From Scyliorhinus canicula (lineage: Eukaryota), in assembly GCF_902713615.1 (NCBI RefSeq), contig NW_024055466.1, forward strand, positions 62,001 to 126,000: DNA of 64,000 nucleotides. The letters run 5' to 3'. Every line of letters begins with the position of its first letter. Positions within the stretch are counted from its first letter, which is position 1. The notes beneath the pieces are model-generated. The model searched no databases, had not been told where the DNA came from, and saw only the letters and a program-made list of their open reading frames with translations. The translations under genes and the position numbers were made by a program. Positions 49,592 to 61,200 of this stretch are shown piece after piece.

Positions 49592-50279
49592 GCTGCTTTC
49601 CACGTTGACGATCAGTTGAAGTCCCCACAGAGAGCATGTGTACAGTCTCTCCCCGCTCTGAATGGTGTGATGTTTTTTCAGACTGTAACTGGTTAAAGCT
49701 CTTTCCACAGTCAGTTCACTGGAACACTCTCACTCGAGTCATGTGTGTATTGGGTTTTTTTTTCAGTCACACAGATCTTGAAAACATTTTCCTACCGACA
49801 GAACAGACAAACATTTCTTCTTCCACATTCACAGGCCACTGATATGCAGGTTCTGATGAATTGAGCGACTCTGTTAAATCTTGATGTGAAGTTTGATTTG
49901 AGTTTCCATCTGTAAATCCTCCCCTTGTAATATCCTGTAAAAGGAGTTTCCAAAAATCATCACTAGGGGCAGGTACGGTGGCTCAGTGGTTAGCCGAGGA
50001 CACGGGTTTGATCCCGGTTCTGGGTCACGGTCAGTATGGAGTTTGCACATTCTCCCCGTGTCTGCGTGGGTCTGGTCCCCACAATACAAAAAGATATGCA
50101 TGTAGGTGAATTGGCCAAGCTAAAATTACTCCTTAATCGGGGGAAAAAAGAATTGGGTACTCTAAATTTATTTCAAAAATGATTGCCTCTTTCCTAATGT
50201 TCACAATTAAAGGGGTGGGTTGGTTGAGGTGAAGGCTGACATTTCACGGCAAATACATTAATAATGGACTGTTATTATG

Positions 50280-52045
50280 GAGGACCAAACCGGGCTTGTT
50301 GAGGGCTGGTGGTTTGTATAAGAAGCTGCTCAATGTGATCATGATGCCCCTGGAAAAAAGGGAGGTGGAGGTAGTTGTGGCGACGGATGCGGAAAAGGGG
50401 TCCAACCGGGTGGAGTAGGACTATTTATGGGAGGTGCTGGGACGTTTTGGGTGCGGGAAGGGCTTTATCGGCTGGGTTAGGCTGTTGTACCAGGCCCCGG
50501 AGGCTAGTGTGAGGACGAATAGGACGACTTCTGACTACTTTAGACTGTATCGGGGGACAAGACAGGGGTGCTCCCTCTCCACACTGCTGTTTGCGCTAGC
50601 TATAGAGCCACTGGCAATTGCTCTGAGGGCTTCAAAGGGCTGGTGGGGGGGGGGGGGGGGGGGGGGTGGAACATAGAGTCTCGCTGTATGCAGGCGGCCT
50701 GCTCTATACGTTTCAGATCCGGTGGCAGGGATGGGCGAAATCGTGGCGATCTTGGGGGAATTTGGCCAGTTTTCGGGGTATAAATTGAACATGGCAAAGA
50801 GTGAGATGTTCGTAGTCCAGGCGAGGGATCAGGAGGATCGGCTAAGGGAGCTGCCATTTCGGTCGGTTGGGGACAGCTTCAGGTATCTAGGGATACAAGT
50901 GGCGCGGGTCTGGGGCCAGTTACACAAGTTGAACCTGTCCCGGTTGGTTGAACAAATGAGGGGCGAGTTTCGGAGGTGGAATGCGCTCCCATTGTTGTTA
51001 ACTGGGAGAGTGCAGACGGTTAAAATGACGGTCCTTCCGAGATTTTTGTTCGTTTTTCAGTCTCCCCATTTTCATTCCGCATTCCTTTTTCATGAGGGTC
51101 AATAAATTTTTAAAAATAAATTTAGAGTACCAATTCATTTCTTCCCAATTAAGGGGCAATTTAGCATGTTCAATCCACCTACCTTGCACATCTTTGGGTT
51201 GTGGGGGCGAAACCCACGCAAACACGGGGAAAATGTGCAAACTCCACACGGACAGTGAGTCAGAGCTGGGACCTCGGCACCGTGAGACTGCAGTGCTACC
51301 ACTGCGCCACCGTGCTGCCCTGAGGGTCAATAAAATTATCCTGGGCTTTGTATGGGCGGGTAAGTCCCCGCGAGTGAAGAAGGTGATGCTTGAGCAGAAC
51401 CGGGGGAAAGGAGGGCTTGCGCTGCCGAATTCTAACAATTATTGGGCGGCCAACATAGCCATGATAAGGAAATGGGTGGTGGGGGGGTGGGGTCGGTCTG
51501 GGAGCAGATGGAAGCAGCATCATGTAGGGGCACCAGTCTGGTGGCATTGGTAACTGCGCATCTGCCATTCCTGCCGGCGCGGTACTCCACCAGCCCTGTA
51601 GTGGTGGCGGGTCTGAGGTCAGTGGAGGGGAGCAATGGGGGCATCAATCTGGTTCCCAATATGTGACAATCGCCAGTTTACCCGGGGAGCTTGGATTGGG
51701 GGGTTCCAAATATGGAGGAGAGCAGAAATTCAGAGGATGGGGACTTATTTTTAGAAGGGAGCTTTCCTAGCTTGTGGGCACTGGAGCAGAAGTTTGGTTT
51801 GGCGAGGGGGAATAATTTTAGATATTTACTGGTGCGGGACTTTCTGCGTAGGCAGGTATCATCCTTCCCACTCTTGCCACGAAGGGGAATCCAGATCAGG
51901 GTAGTTTCCAGAGGATGGATGGGGGAGGGAAGCGTCTCTGACATCTGCAAATAACTCATGGGGGCAGAGGAGACGCAGACCGAAGAGCTGAAGCATACGT
52001 GGGAGGAGGAGCTTGGGGGGGGATATAGAGGAGGGTCTGTGGGAA
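50280..52045 (+). mobile_element. Decayed L1-clade ORF2 fragment with a nested SINE (51107-51320; TSD tgagggtcaataaa)
   Basis: RGTRQGCSLSTLLFALAIEPLA, SGYKLNMAKSE and GGLALPN motifs. Confidence 0.82.
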
Positions 52046-52850
52046 TTCTCTACTCCAGAGGAATGTGGAGCCTCAGTCATCGGGTATGTTCAAGACAAAT
52101 ATTGACAGGTTTCTAGATATCGAAGATATTGAGGGATATGGGGATTGTGTGGGGAAATGGTGCTGAGGTAGATCGGCCAAGGATCTCATTGAATGGTTGA
52201 GCAGACTCGGTGGGCCGAATGGCCAACTCTTGCTCCTATTATAATCTCTTGGTCCTGATCGGGAAGCAGTGAGCTGAGCTTGGAATCTGTCAATCAACAT
52301 GAATCAGCACCTTCAGGAGAATTGGGAGGGAGAATATTAGATACAGCAGCGTGAGAATGGATGGAGAGTGTGTGGGGTGGAGATTTACAGCTTTTGGAGA
52401 ACGAGAGAGGAAATAATGTTCCATCGGAACTAGAATTGTCTGCTCTGAATGTCTATCCTGAACTAACAATGATGATTTTTTGTAAATTGTTTTAAAGGAT
52501 ATTGGAAGAGGAGGAATTATAGACAGAAATCTCAAACTTCACATCTCGATATGACAAACGCACTCGATTCCTTCTGATCTGAACATCATCGCGAGAAGGA
52601 GAAATGTTTGTCCGATCTACCGGCTTCAAAAGATTTCAAACATCAGTGTGACTGGAAAAGCACCAAAACCCACACAATACACACCCGAGTGAGAGTGTTC
52701 CAGTGAACTGATTGGAAAGAGCTTCAACTATTACGCAGCCTGAAAAAACATCACACCGTTCACAGTGAGGAGAGACAGTGAACATGTTCTGTGTGTAGAC
52801 GAGGCTTCCGCTGATTGTCCAATCTGGAGAGACACGGCGAGACCCAAAAC

Positions 52851-53633
52851 ATGGAGAAACCGTGGAAATGTGGGGACTGTGGGAAGGGATTCAGATGCCC
52901 ATCTAAGCTGGAGTCTCATCGACGCAGTCACACTGGGGAGAGGCCATTCATCTGCTCTCAGTGTGAGAAGGGATTCACTCAGTTGTCTCACCTGAAGACA
53001 CATCAGCGACTTCACACTGGGGAGAGGCCATTCGCCTGCTCTAAGTGTGGGAAGGGATTCATTGATTCATCCGCCGTGCGGCAACATCAGCGAGTTCACA
53101 CTGGGGAGAGACCATTCACCTGTTCCATCTGTGGGAATGGATTCACACAGTTATCCATCCTGAAGAGACACCTGCGAGTTCACACTGGGGAAAAGCCATT
53201 CACCTGCTCTCAGTGTGGGAAGGGATTGACTCGGTTAGCCTGTCTGCGGAGCCATCAGCGAATTCACACTGGGGAGACGGCATTCACCTGCTCTCTGTGT
53301 GGGAACACATTCAGTGATTTATCCAGTCTGCAGACACACCAGCAAATTCACACCGGGGAGAAGCCATTCACCTGCTCTCTGTGTGGGAACACATTCAGTG
53401 ATTTATCCAGTCTGCAGACACACCAGCGAATTCACACTGGGGAGAGGCCGTTCACCTGCTCTCAGTGTGGGAAGGGATTTATTGATCCATCCATCCTGCA
53501 GAGACATCAGCGAGTTCACACTGGGGAGAAACCATTCACCTGCTCCCTCTGTGGGAATGGATTCACACAGTTATCCAGTCTGCAGACGCACCAGCGAGTT
53601 CACACTGGGGAAAGACCATTCACCTGCTCTTAA
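52851..53633 (+). CDS. C2H2 zinc-finger protein, 9 fingers
   Basis: [14 protein letters not shown] at ATG 52851, nine C2H2 repeats, ends [12 protein letters not shown]. Confidence 0.87.
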   Translation: MEKPWKCGDCGKGFRCPSKLESHRRSHTGERPFICSQCEKGFTQLSHLKTHQRLHTGERPFACSKCGKGFIDSSAVRQHQRVHTGERPFTCSICGNGFTQLSILKRHLRVHTGEKPFTCSQCGKGLTRLACLRSHQRIHTGETAFTCSLCGNTFSDLSSLQTHQQIHTGEKPFTCSLCGNTFSDLSSLQTHQRIHTGERPFTCSQCGKGFIDPSILQRHQRVHTGEKPFTCSLCGNGFTQLSSLQTHQRVHTGERPFTCS

Positions 53634-53646
53634 TGTGGGAAGGGAT

Positions 53647-55460
53647 TACATAGAAAATAGGAGCAGGAAGAGATAATTTGGCCCTTTGCACCTGCTCTGC
53701 CATTCATTCTGATCATAGTTTATCATCCAACTCTCCATAGCCTAATCCCGCTTTCCCTCCATATCCTTTGATCCCCTTTGCCCTCAGTGCTACATCCAAC
53801 TGCTTCTTGCAAACATACAATGTATTGGCCTCAACTATTTCCCGTGGTAACAAATTCCACAGGCTCACCACTCTGGTTGAAGAAATTACTCATCTCTGTC
53901 CTAAATGGTCAACCTTGTATCCTCAGACTGTGACCTCTGGTTCTGTACACTCCAACCATCGGGAAAATCTTTCCTACATCTACCCTGTCAAGTCCTGTTA
54001 GAATATTATAGGTTTCTATATGATCCCTCATTCTTCTGAACTCCAGTGAATACAATCCCAACTGATTCAATCTCTCATACGTCAGTCCCACCATCCCAGG
54101 AATCAGTCTGGTAAACCTGCTCTGCACTGCCTCTCGAGCAAGAATATCCTTCCTCAGAGACCAAAACAGCTCACAATATTCCAGCTATGGCCTAGCCAAG
54201 GCCCTGTATAGAACAAAGAACAGGCCCTTCGGCCCTCCAAGCCTGCGCCGATCATGTGTCCTATCTAGACCAACTGCCTGTATCCTTCTATACTCCGTCT
54301 GTTAATGTGCCTATCCAGATAAGTCTTTAAGGTCGCTAACGTATCTGCCTCAGCCACCTTACTTGGCAGCGCATTCCAGGCCACCACCACCCTTTGTGCA
54401 AAACCCTTCCCCCGCACATCTCCACTGAACCTATCCGTCCTCACCTTGAACCTGTGGCCCCTTGTAATTCTCATTTCCACCCTGGGAAAAAGACTCCAAC
54501 TGTTCACCCTATCTATACCCCTAATAATTTTATAAACTTCAGGTTGTCCCTCAGCCTCCGTCTCTCTTGGGAGAACAATCCCGTTTATTCAATCTGTCCT
54601 CATAGCTAATCCCCTCCATCCCAGGCAACATCCTGGTAAACCTTTTCTGTACTCTGTCCAAAGCCTCCACGTCCTTCTGGTAGTGCAGTGACCAGAATTG
54701 GGACACAGTATTCCAAATAAGGCCTAACCAACATTCTATAGAACAGTACAGCACAGAACAGGCCCTTCGGCCCTCAATGTTGTGCCGAGCCATGATCACC
54801 CTACTCAAACCCACGTATCCACCCTATACCCGTAACCCAACAACCCCCCCCTTAACCTTACTTTTATTAGGACACTACGGGCATTTTAGCATGGCCAATC
54901 CACCTAACCCGCACATCTTTGGACTGTGGGAGGAAACCGGAGCACCCGGAGGAAACACACACACACAGGGGGAGGACGTGCAGACTCCACACAGACAGTG
55001 ACCCAGCCGGGAATCGAACCTGGGACCCTGGAGCTGTGAAGCATTTATGCTAACCACCATGCTACCCTGCTGCCCTTTTAAAATTATTAGTGCCCAATTT
55101 TTTTTTCCAATTAAGGGGCAATTTAGCATAGCCAATCCACCTATCCTACACATCTTTGGGTTGTGGGGGTGAAACCCACACAGACACTGGGAGAATGTGC
55201 AAACTCCTCACGGACAGTGACCCAGGGCCGGGATTCGAACCCGGGTCCTCAGCACCGTAGGCAGCAATGCTAACCACTGTGCCACCGTGCTGCCGTGCTG
55301 TGTAATTGTAACATAATTTTCGAGTTTTTATACTCAATACCCCGTCCTATGAAGGCAAGCGTGCTGTCTGCTTTCTTCACCACCATTTCCGCCTGTGCTG
55401 CCACTTTTAAGTATCTGTGGACTTGCATGCCCAGATCTCTCTGTGTCTCTATGCTCCTGA
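53647..55460 (-). mobile_element. Two CR1 3' fragments with nested SINEs (54738-55075, 55076-55294)
   Basis: RFTRLIPGMVGLTYERLNQLGLYSLE and QKDVEALDRVQKRFTRMLPG on the - strand. Confidence 0.8.
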
Positions 55461-57223
55461 TGGTCGGCATCTCCACATCATGAGTGTTAAATGCTCTCAG
55501 TTCTATCTATTATGAATCTTTGTTGCACCTTATCCAGTGCCTCTATTTTCCTTTTCTAAATGGAGATCACCAATGTTGACAGTGCTCCCAGTGTTGTCTA
55601 ACCCTAATTCTAAACAAGTTGAACATTTCCTCCGTGCTTTTCAATTCTATCCCTCTGGAATGGAACCCTGGATATGAGCCTCACACTGCAAGAAACATGT
55701 AAAGTTCTTAGAATGGGTGCAGAGGACATTTACAATAATAATAATCTTTATTATTGTCACAAGTAGGCTTACATTAATGAAGTTACTGTGAAAATCTCCT
55801 AGTCGACACACTCCTGTGCCTGTTCGGTTCCACCGAGGGAGAATTCAGAATCTCCAATTCACCGAACAAGCACATCTTTCGGGACTTGTGGTAGGAAATG
55901 AAATGAAACGAAAATCGCTTATTGTCATGAGTAGGCTTCAATGAAGTTACTGTGAAAAGCCCCTAGTCGCCACATTCCGGCGCCCGGAGGAAACTCACGC
56001 AGACATGGGGAGAACGTGCAGACTCCGCACAGACATTGACTCAAACCAGGAATCGAATCTGGGACCCTGGTGCTATGAAGCAACAGTGTTAACCATTGTG
56101 CTAGAATGGCACCAGGGATAAGTGACTCCAGTTAGTTGGCGTGTCTAGAGCAGCTGAATTTCTCTCCTGAGATCACAACATCTGGAGGGTGGGGAATGGG
56201 GCCATTCAGCCCTTTGAGACCATGTTGGCTCCCTGTGGAGGAAGTCAGTCTGTCCATTGCCCTGTTCTATCCCCAAATTTGTGCAGGTTTATTTCTCTCA
56301 GTGCACATCAAATTTCCTGTTGAAATCCTTCTGTCGTCTCTGTATGTCCTACCCTCATAGTCAGTAGGTTCCAGGTTGTTACCACTCGTTTTACATGGAC
56401 ATAAGACTCCTAGAGCACAGAGGAGTCTATTTGGCCCATTTTCCTCGTGCCAGCTCTTTGTTCAGCGAACCATTTAATCCCAGAGATCGACTATTTTGTT
56501 TTCTTTTTCGGAATATATCAAATGACAATCCAATGAGGCTCGACCACCATTTACAGACAGTGTATTCCAAATCACAACAATTCGCTGTGTTTTACAACAA
56601 ATAATTGTGCTTATGGTGTGTCTGGAGTTTCACAGAGTATTCAAAATGGTGTCAGCGCCGTGGTTATTACACAAAATTAAGACTCAGTCTTCATCAATGA
56701 TTCTGGTGAGGACGCCAAGTATAATATATCCTAGTTTGTGGACAATTAGAATAAATGTACATTTCTATAAAACCTCTCACTACCACTGGACCCCCTGGAG
56801 TGTTTTAAAGCCAATGGAGTCCTTTTGAAACATATTCACTGTTGTAATGTAGGAAGCTGTAAATGCGCATGTGTGATCACATTTAGTTTTAAAATTGTAA
56901 TTTTTGTAGTGTATTCACAAGGTCAAGGAAACCCTTTTATACCTCAAACATGTGGCCTCCTGCAGCCATTTCACCTTCTGTACCTTTTCTATATTAACTA
57001 TGTATTGTTTTTTTGCTATGAAATCAATCATTATATTCATGATTATTCAGTAGTGAACATTGATTATCATTAGTGAATTGTTGTATTGGGTAATTATATT
57101 GCAAAGACTAGATCTTTATTTTTAAAAATAACACGATCAACCAAAATGTTTCCAGAAACTGCAGAGCTATCAGAATTTGTTTGAAAAAAATAAATTGCTC
57201 GATAATTTTGAGAAGTTACGAGA

Positions 57224-57522
57224 TGTGATGATAAAGCCTGTATATAATATTACATGTACTCAGCAGTGTGACGTCCCACCAGTAGGTGGCGTCAGGCATC
57301 AGTCAGGTGACATTCAGCTACCAGCAGAAGGTTGTAAAGTGTGCACAAGGCCAGTTGCACATAAGGGTAGTTCCATGAGTGTCGAATGTAACTCTGTGAT
57401 GACTTGGTCTGTATAGCATTCTGATAATTACCTGACCACGTGTACATTAATAAATCATTGTTCTGGCAAAGTCATCAGCAATTCTGTAGAGTCATTGCAA
57501 GAATAGATCACAGAACACAACA
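57224..57522 (+). mobile_element. Probable solo LTR (299 bp)
   Basis: Begins TGTGATG, ends CACAACA, internal AATAAA, flanked by cgaga/ctaga (5 bp, one mismatch). Confidence 0.5.
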
Positions 57523-57542
57523 CTAGACATCATATTCTGCCC

Positions 57543-60500
57543 AGACGAGGAAATGTGGTGCGGAGGGGGGTAGACATTAATGGGGTCTTCAGGGACTTTT
57601 TTTTAAAAAAAAATTTTTATTGGAATTTTTTACAGAAAATATAAAAATATAACAACAAGTATAGCAACAAGCAGTAATATGCAACTAACAGCCCCATAAC
57701 ACCCACAATTCCCCCCATACCGTAACATCACATGTATCACACTCTCCCCACCCCGCCCCCCCAACAAGAGAACTTAACCATAAATTAAAATTAAATAAAT
57801 CAAATTTAAATAAAATAAGCAAACATAATCAACGTCCCCCCCCCCACCCCCCCGGGTTGCTGTTGCTACTGTCCCGGTACCTTATCGTTGAGCCAGAAAG
57901 TCGAGGAAAGGTTGCCACCGTTTAAAGAACCCTTGCACCGATCCTCTCAGGGCGAATTTAACCTTCTCAAGCTTAATGAAGCCCGCCATGTCATTGATCC
58001 AGGTCTCCACGCTTGGGGGCCTCGCGTCCTTCCACTGTAGCAAAATACTTCGCCGGATCTTCAGGGACTTTTATGAGAGACTATATCAGTCCGAACCTCC
58101 GGCGGAGAAGGGGGGGATGGGATGCTTTTTGGACCGGCTGAGATTCCCGAGGGTGGAGATGGGACGGGTGGAGGGTCTGGGGGCGCCAGTTGAGCTTGAG
58201 GAGCTGGTTAAAGGAATAGGGAACATGCAGTCGGGGAAGGCGCCGGGGCCGGATGGGTTCCCGGTTGAATTTTACAAGGCGTATGCAGACCTGCTGGGCC
58301 CCCTGTTGGTTAGGACCTTCAACGAGGCGAGGGGGGGGGGGGGGGGGGGGGCTTTTCCCCGATGATGTTTTGGGTGCTGATCTCCTTGATCCTTAAGCGA
58401 GAGAAGGATCCCCTGCGGTGTGGGTCATACAGGCCGATCTCACTCCTTAATGTGGACGCCAAGTTGTTGGCAAAGATCTTAGCCACGAGGATAGAAGATT
58501 GTGTGCCGCAGGTTATCCACGAGGATCAAACGAATATGTGAAGGGGAGGCAGCTGAACACTAATATATGGAGGCTCTTGAATGTTATTATGATGCCGGCG
58601 GTGGAAGGGGAGGCGGAGATAGTGGTGGTGCTAGTTGCGGAGAAGGCCTTTGATAGGGTCGAGTGGGGGTACTTGTGGGAGGTGCTGGGAAGGTTTGGGT
58701 TTAGGGAGGGGTTTGCGAGTTGGGTGAGGCTGTTGTATGAGGCCCCGATGGCGAGTGTGGCCACGAATAAGAGGAGGTCGGAGTATTTTCGACTATACCG
58801 AGGGACAAGGCAGGGGTGTCCCCTGCCCCCCCCCCTACATTTTGTGCTGGCAATTGAACCCCTGGCTATGGCGCTGAGGGAGTCGGGGGATTGGAGGGGG
58901 CTGGTCCAGGGTGGGGAGGAGCACCGAGTGTCGCTCTGTGCGGATGACCTATTGTTGTATGTGGCGGACCCGGTGGGGGGGAATGCCAGTGGTGATGGGG
59001 ATTCTCTGGGAATTTGGGGTTTCTCAGGGTATAAACTTAACTTTGGGAAAAGCGAGCTGTTTGTGGTACACCCGGAAAACCAGGAGGGGGGGATTGGGAG
59101 GCTCCCACTGAAAAGGGCGGAGAGGAGCTTCAGGTACTTGGGGGTTCAGGTGGCCAGGAGCTGGGGTCCTTGCATAAGCTAAACCTCACAACGCTGGTGG
59201 AGCAAATGGAGGAGGAATTTAAGAGGTGGGACATGCTGCCGCTGTCTTTGGCGGGTAGGGTGCAGTCAGTCAAGATGACGGTGCTCCCGAGGTTTCTGTT
59301 CCTGTTCCAGTGCCTCCCCATCCTTATCCCGAAGGCCTTGTTCAGTCGGGCTAACAGGAGCATTACGGGGTTTGTGTGGGCACATGGGACCCCGAGGGTG
59401 AGATGGGTGTTCTTGGAGCGGGGCAAGGATGGGGGGGGGGGGGGCTGGTGTTGCCCATCCTCTGTGGGCATTATTGGGCTGCCAACGCAGCGATGGTGCA
59501 TAAGTGTGTAATGGATGGGGAGGGGACGGCATGGAAGAGGCTGGAGATGGCATCCTGTGTGGGTACGAGCCTGGAAGCGCTTGCAACGGCTCCGCTGCTG
59601 CTCCCTCCGATGAGGTATACCACAAGCCCAGTGGTGGCAGCTACCCTCAGGATTTGGGGGCAATTGAGGCAGCACAGGGGGGAGGTGGGGGCCTCGATGG
59701 GGTCCCCGATACGGGGGAACCACCGGTTTGTTCCAGGGAGAATTGATGGCGGGTTCCTGAGTTGGCACAGGGCAGGTGTCAGGAGGCTGGGGGACCTGTT
59801 CATAGACGGGATGTTTGCGAGCCTGGGTGAGCTGGAAGGGAAGTTCAGGCTTCCCCCGGGGAACACCTTTAGGTACATGCAAGTAAGGGCGTTTGTCAGG
59901 CGGCAGGTGGTGGGGCCCTGTTGCCGCCGCGCGGGGTCAAGGATAGGGTGCTCTCGGGGGTATGGGTTGGAGAGGGGATGATCTCGGAAGTGTACCAGGT
60001 GATGCAGGAGGTAGACGAGGCCTTGGTGGAGGAGCTGAAAGATAAATGCGAGGAGGAGCTGGGGGAGGAGATTGAGGAGGGAACGTGGGTGGATGCCCTA
60101 GAAAGGGTGAACTCCTCCTCTTCGTGTGCGAGGCTTAGCCTCATACAGTTTAAGGTACTGCATAGGGCTCATATGACCGGGACAAGGATGAGCCAGTTTT
60201 TTGGGACCGAGGACAGGTGTCTTAGGTGCTCAGGGAGCCCAGCAAACCATGTCCACATGTTCTGGGCATGCCCAGCGCTGGGGAAATTTTGGAAGGGTGT
60301 AGCAAGGACGGTATTGAGGGTGGTAGGATCCAGGGTCAATCCAGGCTGGGGACTCGCAGTATTTGGGGTTGCAGTGGAGCCGGGAGTGCAGGAGGTGAAA
60401 GAGGTCGGTGTTCTGGCCTTTGCGTCCCTAGTAGCCCGGCGGAGGATTTTACTTCAGTGGAAGGGTGCAAGGCCCCCAAGCGTGGAGGCCTGGGTCAACG

Positions 60501-60836
60501 ATATGGCGGGGTTTATTAAATTGGAGAGGGTGAAATTTGCCCTAAGGGGATCAGTGTAGGGGTGTTTCAGGAGATGGCAACCATTCCTAGATCTCCTGGC
60601 AGAACGGTAAAAACAAAAGGTCAGCAGCAGCAGCAACGGGGGGGGGGGGGGGGGTTTGTCTCTCTGTTTTTGTTTTGGGTTGAATATCTGTTATTTGCCA
60701 ATGACCTGCGTTAATTTGTTGTTTCTCTTTTGTATTTACGGAGGGGGGGGGGTTCTGTTTTTTTTTTGTTCTTAGAATTTTCTGTTATTGTTTTCTTTTT
60801 TGTGAAAATGTGAATAAAAATTGTTTTTAAAAAAAA
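57543..60836 (+). mobile_element. 5'-truncated L1-clade LINE (ORF2 RT to 3' tail)
   Basis: KAPGPDGFPVEFYK, YRPISLLNVDAK, EKAFDRVEW, GTRQGCPL, CADD, CLRC...HMFWAC motifs, then AATAAA and an A tail. Confidence 0.9.
57601..58057 (-). mobile_element. Short L1 3' end inserted antisense into a related L1, 15-bp TSD
   Basis: tcttcagggactttt at 57586-57600 and 58058-58072. The insert encodes RRSILLQWKDARPPSVETWINDMAGFIKLEKVKF. Confidence 0.88.
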
Positions 60837-60914
60837 GTTATATTGTATTTACTGGGATGTTGCAATGGTGCAGATATTACCCAGCAGTGCCCTTGATGTG
60901 AATGTGCTCTATTC

Positions 60915-61200
60915 CCTCCGCATGAGCCTAGTGCGCAGGCGCGGAGATCTAACTGGAGCATGCGCAGTGTCACTTTGCATGGAGGTCTGCGAGTGCGGGA
61001 GCGGCTGTTTGGGCGGGTGAGTCATTGGGACGGAGGGAGGAATGGAGCCGGGAGTGGTGAGGGAGAGGAGGCTTCATAAACGCCCGGTGAAGGTCCACGG
61101 CCGGAATAAAACCTTTCAGTTCCCGAGTTTGCAGCTGCGGGGAATTTATCCGGATCAGGCCCAGTTCTTCATTCGGCGGGGAGCAGTGCGCATGCGTGCT
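60915..61200 (+). promoter_or_regulatory. CpG-rich putative promoter of an unidentified gene
   Basis: Several NRF1-like sites (tgcgcaggcgc, gcatgcgca, tgcgcatgcgt). No coding exon was identified in the window, so the orientation is tentative. Confidence 0.45.
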
